Source: Eukaryota sp. TZLM1-RC
Taxonomy: Eukaryota > Protista > Metamonada: BaSk clade
NCBI GenBank assembly: GCA_040285825.1
Contig: JAUPSS010000004.1
Coordinates: forward strand, 1,302,001 to 1,366,000
Reading direction: 5' to 3'
Length of the DNA stretch: 64,000 nt
Shown here one piece after another: positions 1 through 11,432 of this stretch; the first letter of the stretch is position 1; each line of letters begins with the position of its first letter. Both the position numbers and the translations under genes were made by a program. Below the pieces are notes generated by a model. It did not search any database and had not been told where the DNA came from. It was given only the letters and a program-made list of their open reading frames with translations.

Positions 1-891
1 GAATCAGAAAATCAATCAGTTGACCAGTCAAAAACTGCTGATTATGATCTTGATGATGATTTCGAACCTGTATCAGATGATTAATCTCCTAGTTTCTTTA
101 AGTTCATTTTGTATTTTAAATCTAGTTTTTTTTAGTTTTTCTATAAATGTAATTATTTGTGCATGATATTTTAATAAAATTAATTCCATGTTTTTATTTT
201 CTATATTCGATCACTTTTGATGTTGAGCCAAGAGGTTTTGTTATGAAAATCATTATCCACTTCACAACAAAGTTAATTAATTTTTCTCATTTATTTTCTG
301 TGCTGTTTCACTTTGATTACAAGTGAATAGCATTATCAAAGTCAATAATATTGATTTTATGACTTTATGAATAAATAAGAATACATCTGTTTACACCAAA
401 CGATTTTCTAAAATTATGAATGTCAGCTAGAAGCATAACTTTGAATTCCGGAATTTCAAAATGAAAAGTTAGAATTTAAAGGTAAGGCTAGAAGTTGTTG
501 ACGTTTGAAAGAAAAATACCTCAAATACACTAGGTAAACAAATTTTCACTAGAAAGACTTTTTCCTGTGCTCTTCAAAGCCACACTTGTTTCAATCAAAT
601 CCTTATTAGCTGGATATTAAATCCATCATGGAAAACCAAATATTAACTAAGCGTCAATTCTTGATGAGTCAGATTTAACTAAACCTAGGTTTACATTATT
701 TGTTGGAGAATCTGTTAGACGATATTGCAAAAAGGATCTCTTTACGCCTCATTAATTGAATAAAGTTTAAATAGGGTAAACAAGTTTGTTGCGGGATGCT
801 TGCAGGAAGTCTGCCATCATTATCATTTGCTTGAAATTTGGTAATTTGATTTCTAGAGGAGGAATTTGTCATAGACAACTAAACATAATAA

Positions 892-2485
892 TTATTGAAC
901 ATGCACACTTAATAAAATTAATTAATAATCAATAGGACGAAAACCATTGAACCAAAATTTCCTCTACAAAATCTTGATCTGCTTGCTGTCTAGCTAAAGC
1001 TTTTCTAATTCGATTGAACAACCGAGGTAATCTATTAATAATGGCAAATTGAATCCGAGAGCGCCAAAAAAATCAAATCTATTCATTGTTGCTTCTTGAA
1101 CCATTTTTTGGAAATCATTCAAAAAGGTTCCTGCTTCTACTGATAGTCTTCCGTTTATCGAAAATGGGAAAACAATAAAAACAAGTTGTGTATTTCTATC
1201 AGCATTAGCCTCTGTGATATCTTTGTCATTCTTTCTATATTTTCTTCATCTTTAAATTCAAGAGCACTTACAGGATTAAGTTTTCTTCTTTGAACCAAAG
1301 TGTTGTTCGCAACCTTACAGGAGACAAAGTCAACGCAGCTTCAGAGTTCTTAATCAAATCACAGTATATATCACCTCTATCATCAAAACCAAAACTATTC
1401 AATAACAGTTTTTTCTTCAGCAGAGGCTCTTTGATACACGAAATTCTTGCAGTTTGTACCATATAGAAAACAGTGTCTCTAACAGCATCATGTAATGAAG
1501 AATGATAACTTATTTATTTCGAACAATTCATGGCATGACGCAAAGTGAGCTGTGGTGAAATCGAACAAATACATTTTTTTTGATAATAATTGATTAATGG
1601 GGATATACAAATATAATCTCATTTTTGTTACAAATGCTTCATTAGTGGCACACAATCCAAATCTTCGTGGTACAATGGTTACAAAAAGTGAAGAATCTGA
1701 TGACTTATTTTCAGAAACACCCTTTTCCAATAACAATGAGTGAAGATCGTGATTTGAAACAGCCGAGCTGCATATATTATTATAAAGATCATTTTCATAC
1801 ATTCCAGTCAATTGCTTCTGTAATGTTCGAAGAGTGTATTTTAAATTTAAAAGATTCTTTTCTGGAATATTGCCATTGAATGATTGGAGAAAGCAATGAG
1901 TTCATTTTTCTACATCAATTTGTGCAATTTTTTCATTTAATACAAAAACAGTGGAACTTTGCGTTGTCATTAATAAATCTTACTAATCTGCAAATCTTTC
2001 GGAAAACTCAAAAATTGCATTTCTACATCCACCAACAAAAGCACATGAAGTAAGAATGGATGCCTTTGTCCAAGCTAAACCGCCATTATGTATACTAAGA
2101 TAAGCATGGTCAGGAATTTGGAACATTTTACATCCTACTAATTGTGACAAAACTTGTACACGTAACTCATTAAACTTTTTAACCAAGGTCTAGTGACGAG
2201 AGGATTTGTAGATCGAAATATATGATTGAAGTTGGAACTAAAACACAGTCTTAATATGGTAAATTTGATATGTTTCTGTATATCTAAAGTCATCATTCAG
2301 TCAATTTTATCGGAAATTGAGTTCAACTTTTCAAACAATTTTTTGGTAATTTCATCATTATTTCCTAAAAACGAACCCAAAAGACGAATAGCATCAATTG
2401 AATATAATTTGACTTGAATTTCAATACCATCAACTATTGTAGAAACTGGAGAATTCGATAACAAAACACAGTTAAGTAAATTAAG
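892..2485 (-). mobile_element. 5'-truncated, degenerate copy of CRE-like non-LTR retrotransposon (family A)
   Basis: ORF fragments 1268-1462, 1488-1811 and 1983-2186 match the protein at 31767-33881; family 3' UTR present at about 892-950; many stops and frameshifts. Confidence 0.9.
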
Positions 2486-2519
2486 CTGGGGGCCATAAAC
2501 ATATTAGAAAACATATTGA

Positions 2520-3040
2520 ATCTATTTCCAGGAATTTCAAATTTGGTAAATGATAAACTCGATTAATGTCATAATCAGCACAATCACCTAAAATTAATTC
2601 TTCTAATGATTCTACTACAATATCAGAGAATGCTTCCATAGATAATTTTCTAATTTTGGTAAATTACCTTTAACAATTGTATATCCAACACTCAACTCTA
2701 TTAAATTTTTAAATTCAGATATATCAACAATAACTTTTGAATCATTATTTAATGAAATCAAATTACATGGATTAATATAATCAAGTTCATTTATGAATGG
2801 CCTCAGTTCAAATGATAATTTCTCTGATCTAATTTTTTTTAATTTTGACATATTCAATGGACGATATTTTGGACCGATGATCACACAAACTTTTTTGAGT
2901 TATTCAAATTTCTCAATATCTGATATATCATCATCAGCTAACTCAATTGAATGAATTTTTGATTTTCATATTCTGGGAATTGTTTCACAATATGTCGAGT
3001 ATAATTTAAGTTTATTCACATCAAATGTATTAATTAAGAC
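2520..3040 (-). pseudogene. Leucine-rich-repeat gene fragment
   Basis: ORF 2615-2884 has LRR-like periodicity (DISEFKNLIELSVG, GNLPKLENY); no clear start. Confidence 0.4.
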
Positions 3041-3265
3041 ATCATAATTTGTATGACATAAATGTATATCAATGTATTTTCATATTTCTATATCTGACTA
3101 TATCTGAAGAAGCAATCTGCCGTGAAGAGAAAGAGAGCGACAGTGATGATGATGTAGTGGAAGAAACAGGAACGATGCGTTTGAGTAAAAACAAATTGCC
3201 GTTTGAAGAAGATTATGTCTATATTGGGGAAGAATCTCCCGAACCGAAACAGCCTTGACTTTGAT

Positions 3266-3454
3266 TGTTAGTCTTTACACTATTCTAGAGTGTAGATAGA
3301 CTTATCTATTTATTTCTGTATATTAGCTTAATGTTCATTGTTTATTCATGGAGACCTCTCTAGTGATGGTATTAAAATTCACTATAGCTCATTTCCCGTC
3401 GTAATAAATTACTCTCTGTCTATTCATATGTCTGACTCTAGCCCACAGGCATCA
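3266..3454 (+). repeat. 5' LTR of LTR family 1 (189 bp)
   Basis: TGTTAG start and GCATCA end; terminal 15 nt repeated at 5423-5437; contains AATAAA. Confidence 0.8.
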
Positions 3455-5437
3455 ATAATTACTGGCCGTTCATAACCTACCTCACCTTCGGGTGAAACCA
3501 ACTCCAATCTCGGCCGTAGGGATTCCGCCTCTCATCTCGCCAACAATCCTCAGGACTCAGAGGGGGACCCTCTCACTCCAGCAAAGGATTCTTCTTCTAG
3601 ACACTTCGAAAGGGGACTCTACCTCCACGGCTTCCAAGGAGTTGACAGATTCTACTGGTCAGGTTCGTTGCTCCTCTACTTCTCCCAAGGTATCTACTCC
3701 CAGTCAATCCAAGTGGCAGTATACCATTGAGAAATTCCGTAAGGATTTAGAACTATGAGACTTCATGGATTCGCCGCTCCTAATGCTTACGGTCAGGAGC
3801 TCTCGAGAGTATGGAACTTGTTGGAAAACCCTCCTACTCTCAGAAGCCTCCCAGCTAATCCCGAAACACTCCCACACCTTCTCGTCAAGAAAAAGTAGCA
3901 GTTCATGGTGAGGATGAAGACGGTAACCCATGCGTTTTCTGGGTACCCAGGAGTCAAGTTCTCTCTCCTGATCCCTCCATCTTTAAACCCCTCTCTGGAG
4001 ATTTGTCTGTTTCGGATCTCGACACTTCTCCTCCCACCCTTCTCCCATCTAACGCGGTTGATTTCGACTCTCTTAGCATGCCTAAAACCTCCGAGTCCAC
4101 CACCAAAATCAGGGACAGCCCCTCTCGCTGTTTCCCTACAATCACTCAAAATCCCTCCAAACGCCTCCTAAATCCATTGAGCACATCTGATCCCCACACT
4201 GAATCTTCGAGTATCAATAGAATTTTTAGTCTGTCTTCTGTTTGTGCCAATAAATCAATTAATTGTCCCAAGTTTATAGAACTCTGGTTACAGATTAATA
4301 ACATAGAGGTATCTGGTCTCATTGATAGTGGTGCATCCATATCTGTCATCTCAAGAGACCCATCCACAAAATGCAAGATGGAACACAGCTCTGAATCTGT
4401 CAAATTCATTGGTGTTAACGGAGAACCATCAAAACTCTGACGGCAATGCCAAAGGAATCCTATCCTTCAATGTCGGTAGCATTGCCAAAGTTGTGCATCT
4501 TACCAAATCGTTACCAATCGTTCCAGGCAACAACATTCTAATCATAGGAATAGACATCCTATACGAACTCGGCCTCATAAACAACGACAGGGTATACATT
4601 CATCTCGATGAGCTTCACAGAACACCAATGTTACCTGAATCTAACTTTGACCACAGAATTTCACAGATATCTGATTTTAAGGTGTCAAAAATATTCGAAG
4701 ATCACGTCAACTCGTCAGGTTGTCAAATAAAGCTCAACAATCAATCAGAAAATCAACAGCTTCTCGCAACTCTCGAAGAGTTCAAAAATGTTTTCACGTT
4801 GAGACCCCATGAAGACGGTATCGAATGTAACCCCATGGACATCGATTTCTACGATGAAGACACTGTTGTTTATCGTCCACCTCGCAGGTTAAATCCTGAA
4901 CAAATCAAAATCGCCAACCAAATCTTCGACGAGGTAATTGAATCTGGTTTCGCCACAGAATCCAACGGAAGATTCAGCTCCCCAGTCGTTCTTGTAGTTT
5001 ACCCTGATCATTGGAAACCACGTCTTACAGGCGACTTCAGTGATCCCAATGGAGTCAATGCGAACACTATCCCCATCGCTCCAAACCTTCCAAAGATCTC
5101 TGATGTATTAGAGTTCTTATCTCAAGCCAATTACATTGGAAAACTTGATCTCCCAAAAGCATTTTGGCACAACTCAAGATCAACGAAAGAGACATCGAGA
5201 AAACCACCCTCGGCATTCCTGGTCGCAGTATCAGCTTCAACAAGGCATGTTTCGGTCTCAAAAACGTCCCTGCAGTGTTTCAAAATGTAATGTCCTACAT
5301 CTTTAGCATCGAAGGCATGTTTATCTACATCGACGAAATCATTATCATAGGTAATACCCTTCCTCAATTCATCGACAGGCTCAAAGCCGTCCTCTTCCGC
5401 GCTAAAGAGAAGCGGGTTGTTGAGCCCACAGGCATCA
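3266..5437 (+). mobile_element. Internally deleted Ty3/gypsy LTR retrotransposon (LTR family 1)
   Basis: 5' LTR 3266-3454; protease LIDSGASIS (ORF 4003-4440); RT motifs SSPVVLV, LDLPKAFW, FGLKNVPAVFQ, YIDE; ends with the last 15 nt of the LTR (5423-5437); TSD TGAT at 3262-3265 and 5438-5441. Confidence 0.9.
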
Positions 5438-5932
5438 TGATGATGAAATTATTGATTATTGGTCTCGAAGATCTATTTTGCAATTCTTTATAGATTCATT
5501 GAATAAAGATGACTATATATGAAAAAAACAATTTGCAAGGAGTAAACAAACCGTGCACACTGCTGTCATGACGTCATCTTAAACCCTTCAAACACTTCAG
5601 GGTAACACGTGTGCACCTTTGTGTTGTTTTAGGTCAACTATTTTCCATTGTAGATGAGCTTCTTTGGGCATTATATCAGTAAACAAACACAAATGCAACA
5701 AAACCTTTTGATACTGATCTACTGGCACATGTAAATGTACCAAAATGTGCTTTTTGGTCGCAAAAACCACACATCACAGGGCTTCTAGATGCCCTCCACT
5801 TCTTGTTGTTTAACAAATGTTCTTGGATAATACAACAGTAATACATACAACTTCACTCGTGTTCATCTTTAAGACTTTTCGCTTTACTTTTCATATTTAC
5901 AACATTATCAAATCCATACACCATTTTAGTGA

Positions 5933-6033
5933 TCGCCAAAGGTCAACTGGGAGGACAGGATGTTTTCACTATGATTCTAAAATTATCAATCATTTCAAAT
6001 GTCCAAACCCGGGTTCGACTCTTGGTGGTCGCG
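5933..6033 (+). tRNA. Degenerate intron-containing tRNA-like gene (anticodon TTC), paralogue of 8529-8625
   Basis: T-arm CCGGG-TTCGACT-CTTGG, 3' TGGTCGCG, anticodon stem GGATG/TGTCC, T5 run downstream; 5' acceptor strand disturbed. Confidence 0.55.
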
Positions 6034-6078
6034 ATTTTTGAATTGATTTCCATTGCCTTATTCATCAATGATAATTAT

Positions 6079-6859
6079 AAGATTTGGACTGTGTGCCACT
6101 AATAAACCATGTGTAACAAAAATGAGATTATATTTGAATATCCCCATTAATCAATTATTATCAAAAGAAAGATGTATTTGTTCGAATTCACCTCAACTCA
6201 CTTTGGACCATGCTCTGAATTGTTCGAAAATGATAACTTATCCTTCTTCAATACATGATGCTGTTAAAAACACTCTTTTCAATATGGCACGAATTGCAAG
6301 AATCTCGTGTGTCCAAGAGTCTCTGCTGAAAGAATAACTGTCATTAAACAATTTTGGCTTTGATGATAGAGGTGATGAATGTTGTGATTGGATTGAGAAC
6401 TCTGAAGCTATGTTGACTTTGTCTTATGTAATGTTGCAAATGATACTTTGGTTCACAGAAGAAAACTTAATCCTGTAAGTGCTCTTGATTTTAAAGCAAA
6501 AGAAAAACATAGAAAATATGACAAAGACATCGAAGAAGCTAATGCTGGTAGAAATACACAACTAGTTTTTAGTGATTTCCCATTTTCGATAAACGGAAGG
6601 CTATCAGTAGAAGCAGAAACTTTTTTGAATGACTTCCAAAAAATGGTTCAAGAAAAAACAATGAAAAGATTTGATATTTTTTATGGCGTTCTCGGATTCA
6701 ATTTGCCATTGTTAATAGATTACCTCGGTTTTTCAATCGAAGAAGAGAAGCTTTAGCTAGACAGGAAGCAGATCAAGATTTTGTAGAGGAAATCTTGGTT
6801 CAATGATATTCGTCCCATTAGTTATGAATTAATTTAATTAAGTGTGCATGTTCAATAAA
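6079..6859 (+). mobile_element. 5'-truncated CRE-like family A copy (zinc finger, RLE, 3' UTR)
   Basis: ORFs 6053-6337 and 6448-6756 match the C-terminus of the 31767-33881 protein; ends GTGTGCATGTTCAATAAA. Confidence 0.9.
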
Positions 6860-8528
6860 TAATAATGATTTGATTTTTATTTTCCAATGCATAAATAGAT
6901 GTTTGATATGCCACATGATATGTGTGGAATTGTGTGATCATTTGATGTTTAAAATAGTTCTTTTACAACATTAGCTTAGTCGAATATAAGAATCCGCTGT
7001 CTATTGGTGACAACACTAAAACTAGCAAATATACTGCAAATTTGCTATCCTTGAATGCTGAATTGCATATTCTTTATGTCCTTTGTCCATATATTTTTCT
7101 TTACATGGTACGTTTCGAACACATGCTGTATCTGAGTTGTGAAACAATGTACATGAAGAATTTTTGACAAAACGTTTTCACAGAACAGAATTATATTTTC
7201 AATTCATGAAGATGTTGTGCCATCATGGTCTTCTGCTTTACTATCTCTTGGCCACTGATATGAAGGAAAAACTTCCAGTCAATTCTTGTTTTCTGATTTG
7301 GGCTATGATGATTTAAAACTTTTTATTCGGTGTTTAGTTTCTCGGTAAAACAAATAATTGAAAAATTAATTAATTATTTAAATTAATTATTTCTTCAAAC
7401 ATTGATGCCGTTAGGCAGAAATGCCAATGAAGAAAAGGCAGAAAAAGACCATTTATTAATAATAATGTTGAACAAGAACCACGTCATCACTCAGATATCC
7501 TAACCCAGCTTGTCAGCAACAACAACAATGTTAGTCACAGCTAAGTGTGACCTTCCTATTTGGGATGACAATTACGTATTCTTTTATTCATTTAATAAAT
7601 AATTGTATTTTAGTTTATTGTTGTTCTACCTCCCCTAAACCTCTGCTAGTATGTTTCCATCATCATTATCAGGGTACACAGACCAACAAAACTGTGTTAA
7701 AGTAATTTCAATGAATGGTATTGGTACTTGATTGGTTTTGTATTAATTAATTAATTGTTCATTGTTCGGGTATTACGTTAGTACCAACGTCACAATTGTG
7801 AAAAATGTAACTCAAAATTGTTGGCATTTGGAAAAAGTAATAATGCTTAATTTTGGATATCTTTTATCATTTCTTCAGTAGATTTGGTTGTAAAATTTTA
7901 TTTACAATCAGTAGTGGTTCAAATAGGGACCTCACACTGTTGTCTGTATTAATAAACTCTTCTTGGTCATCACAGAAACCTTTGACCTCTGTCAATTCAT
8001 ACAGATACCTATTTCTTCTGTATGAAAAAGTAGTATGGTATTGAGAAGTCAAGGACTGGTTTGGTCAATTTTCTTATTTTTGTTTTGAGAACTTGTTAGT
8101 ATGCGTGTAGTCAATACCATTGGCATTATCAGACTTTTTTAACCCAGTGTGTAATCATGTACTTTTTTGGAGGTTGAAATAAATAATACAAAATGACGAG
8201 TTGGGATATTTCAACATTGTTTCAAGGGGAATCGTTGCATTTATCCAAATTCATTAATCATTAAACAATTAGATTTGAGTCTTTTCATAAAGATATTGAA
8301 CAGATTGAGTAAATTTGGAGATTGATTACACAATAGACGTTTATAAAACAATACTAAATGGTTCAAAAATCAAATGGTTTAATCATTAGGTTTATCATGC
8401 CTGGAGCTTGAAATGTCAACCAGCACAACTTTTACTAATAACGATTGTAATCTGAACAAATCCTGTCTGTCTGAACATATATATCCATTTTTGTGAATGT
8501 TCAACTAAATTACTTTACTTTTCAAAAG

Positions 8529-8625
8529 GCGACCATGGTCTAGTGGGAGGGCAGGACGTTTTCACTACGATTATAACGATCGATGAGCAAAGGTCCAAAC
8601 CCAGGTTCGATTCCTGGTGGTCGCG
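8529..8625 (+). tRNA. Intron-containing tRNA, predicted anticodon TTC (Glu); intron 8565-8590
   Basis: Acceptor GCGACCA/TGGTCGC, D-stem GTCT/GGGC, anticodon stem GGAC/GTCC, loop TT-TTC-A then 26-nt insert at the canonical 37/38 position, T-arm CCAGG-TTCGATT-CCTGG; isotype uncertain. Confidence 0.7.
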
Positions 8626-8731
8626 GTATATTGACAATAAGTATTGATCCTAAAATCCGTTGTGTTTCTATTTTTAGAACTCAATCACAGTCTCAACAAA
8701 CGGAAACAGTTGCTCTATTTTTAGATACACA

Positions 8732-11140
8732 ATGCAAGCCATTACCATTCTGACATTCCTGCTCATGCTGGTGTTGGCAGAAGAGATTGTCCTCACCACG
8801 CAAGGTTTAAAGGAAGGGTCTAATGTTCTCTCTTCACCCACCGCTTTCACATCGTCTTCCTTCTACACGACCATGATCACTACAGAACCGTCTTCTACTA
8901 TAGCGATCTTCCTTCTTTCCTCTCTTCCAGAGAACTGTGAAGTTTCCCTCAATGATGAACCATTTTCCAATCTCACGACCATACAAACACCTTTTGCTCT
9001 GTCAATCTCGTGTAACCTTCCTCTCACATTCATCACACTTCCCTCCCCTACATCTAATGTCTACACCTTCGACTCTCGTGCTTTCTTTTACATATCTTCT
9101 ATTCTACAGCCTTTGGAGCCCCTCGATTTCCATTCACTAACCTACTCTGCATACCCTAACCCTAACCCTGACATTGTGGTTGAAACAGAAAGTGATTCTC
9201 ACACACTCACTTCACTATATGAAACTCTAACCCTTTCATCACCACTTGCTTCCATTACCACAAACACTCCAATGATAGGAAGTCTATCATTAACCAAATG
9301 CACACGTGGTGCCACGTGGCAGAACCAGTGTAATGGCAATGGAGAATGTATTACCGGGGTTTGCGAGTGTGATAGTTCTTGGTCTGGGTCAGATTGTTCG
9401 GTCACAAATCAATGTAATAAGGTCAAAAATACACGTGATTTGATTGGTTTATCTGATAGTTTAACACTGGAGACTAATAGAAGGTGTGATTTTGATATTA
9501 AAATCAGGCCAGAAATTCCAAAAGATCATAATTGTTGGGTTAATTTGACCTTGATTGACTTTAACGGTAACTCGCTCATAATCAAGGACGGTTTGATTGG
9601 TGATTTGATTGATCGACGTTCTGAAAGTTTCAGTAGAGAATCTATCAGTTATTATTCTAATAATTCAACTAATCCAAATTTTGAAATTTTAATGTCTGGT
9701 CGTGAGCTATCATTGAGCTTTACTACACACTGCAGACACGTGGCAAAAAAGTCTTGTTCAAAATTTGGTATTCTTGACCCTCAATCAAATGAATGTCGAT
9801 GTTTTGAACCATACGGAGGTCCTGATTGCAAACACATCGTCATCAATCATTTTGAACTTACCAATACAAGGGATGAGGTTCATTTTATTGACTTGCCAAA
9901 AGCGGTTTTTAACCGAGTCAGAATCAACCCTCAATCATACACGTCATCTTCTACATGTACACTTTTCTTTCATTTTCATCAATTTGATCTCCAATCAGTG
10001 GAGGAAAGTGACACGTGTCGGGCTGACCGTTTCCGTTTGATTTCTAACCGGATAGTTTCGGGCCATTCTTATGTTTATTCAGAAACACCCCATATGTGTG
10101 GTAATTTTTTCATAGAAAATAGCAAATCACCATCTTTTTTTATCAAAGATTCTTTTGAAAATTTGCCAATTGAACTGGAAACTTTTACAGGTAAGTCAGG
10201 CACGTCATCCGGTTTCCATTTGACTTATGAACTTCGATGTGGTCAAGATTTGTCCAATTGTGGCAGTAATTGTGGAGGTTTCTGTTCATCAAATGGTAAA
10301 ACATTTGAAAATTTCGAGTCCACTGGTGAAAATTTCGAGCCACTTGTTTTGCAACTACAAAATTCAAAAAAACCAATGTCAAATGTTACAGTTATGTCAA
10401 GTACGTCATCAACTGACACGTGTCAATGTGAGCCCTTCTTACCATCTCCCTTGTGCAAACGTGATGACGACGTGGGGTTAGATTATGATTTTGATGGTTA
10501 TTCGGTTAATCTTTTTGGTTATTTTCTATTTGTTTTTTGGGTTGGTTCTATTGTCATTTGTTCTATACACTCACATTGTAAAAGGAAAACAATTATAGAA
10601 GAACGTAGGTTAAGCCAAATGAGTGATGTGCCCGTGCAAAATTTTCAAAATTTTGACCATGAGTCACCCTTGACAAGTAGGGATCAAGTTACATGTAGAG
10701 AACAATCATCTCTCCATCATTCAAGTTGTCTCCAAGACGATGACACCCCTGTCGATCACGTGGCAGATGAGGAGGCAGCAAAGGATGACGTGGCAGGTGA
10801 CATTACAGATGATGTTGCAGAGACAAATTTTTCATCACTCAATCTATCAATCCCAAGTGTCGATAATGTTGAAATTTTTGATATCCCAGCCACTCCAAAA
10901 GATTTAAATATTTCTATTCCTGAAGAATTACTTTGTCCAATATCGTATAACCTAATGAAAGACCCTGTTCTTTGTTCTGATGGATTTACGTATGACCGCC
11001 ATGCAATTGAACGTTGGCTTAATCAACATTCTCATTCACCAATGACTGGTGAGCCATTACCACATAAGCATATCAGTGGTAATAGCAGTATTAGGTTGGC
11101 TTTGCAACGATTCAAAGAGGGCAAGTATTATGGTAAGTAG
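8732..11140 (+). CDS. Type I membrane protein with EGF-like and CUB-like ectodomain and cytoplasmic U-box (putative E3 ligase)
   Basis: 802-aa ORF; signal peptide; EGF motifs (CNGNGECITGVCECDSSWSGSDC, CRCFEPYGGPDC); CUB-like segments (FHQFDLQ..CG..SGFHLTY); TM LFGYFLFVFWVGSIVICSI; U-box PEELLCPISYNLMKDPVLCSDGFTYDRHAIERWL..SPMTGEPL. Confidence 0.85.
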   Translation: MQAITILTFLLMLVLAEEIVLTTQGLKEGSNVLSSPTAFTSSSFYTTMITTEPSSTIAIFLLSSLPENCEVSLNDEPFSNLTTIQTPFALSISCNLPLTFITLPSPTSNVYTFDSRAFFYISSILQPLEPLDFHSLTYSAYPNPNPDIVVETESDSHTLTSLYETLTLSSPLASITTNTPMIGSLSLTKCTRGATWQNQCNGNGECITGVCECDSSWSGSDCSVTNQCNKVKNTRDLIGLSDSLTLETNRRCDFDIKIRPEIPKDHNCWVNLTLIDFNGNSLIIKDGLIGDLIDRRSESFSRESISYYSNNSTNPNFEILMSGRELSLSFTTHCRHVAKKSCSKFGILDPQSNECRCFEPYGGPDCKHIVINHFELTNTRDEVHFIDLPKAVFNRVRINPQSYTSSSTCTLFFHFHQFDLQSVEESDTCRADRFRLISNRIVSGHSYVYSETPHMCGNFFIENSKSPSFFIKDSFENLPIELETFTGKSGTSSGFHLTYELRCGQDLSNCGSNCGGFCSSNGKTFENFESTGENFEPLVLQLQNSKKPMSNVTVMSSTSSTDTCQCEPFLPSPLCKRDDDVGLDYDFDGYSVNLFGYFLFVFWVGSIVICSIHSHCKRKTIIEERRLSQMSDVPVQNFQNFDHESPLTSRDQVTCREQSSLHHSSCLQDDDTPVDHVADEEAAKDDVAGDITDDVAETNFSSLNLSIPSVDNVEIFDIPATPKDLNISIPEELLCPISYNLMKDPVLCSDGFTYDRHAIERWLNQHSHSPMTGEPLPHKHISGNSSIRLALQRFKEGKYYGK

Positions 11141-11432
11141 TGACACGTCATCAGTGATTGTGACACGTGGCAGTTGTTTATTTGGTGTTGTTTATCTGTA
11201 TTGTATATATTTTTGCATTGTAAAGAATTGTACCGAATTTTGTTTGGATTCTTGTATCGTTATTAAAAAGAACTTGTTTTAAAATTTTGAATTGCTGAAA
11301 GCAGCCAATAATCACATTAATGTAGTATTTTTTTTGCAAATGATGGTGTGTAATTCATAAAAAATATAAAAAAAATTAAATTATTTTCACGTGCCATTCA
11401 TAAAGAAAAACTGCAATAAACCAACAATTTAT

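Noticed and set aside
8555-8572. Alternative anticodons TCA (Sec/opal), CTA (amber) or ACG (Arg) in the tRNA-like gene
   Set aside because: TCA would put C at position 37 and there is no Sec-type variable arm; CTA lacks U33; ACG is not conserved in the paralogue (ATG)
9153-9170. CCCTAACCCTAACCCTGA telomere-like repeat
   Set aside because: Only about three units, in frame within the U-box gene (PNPNPD)
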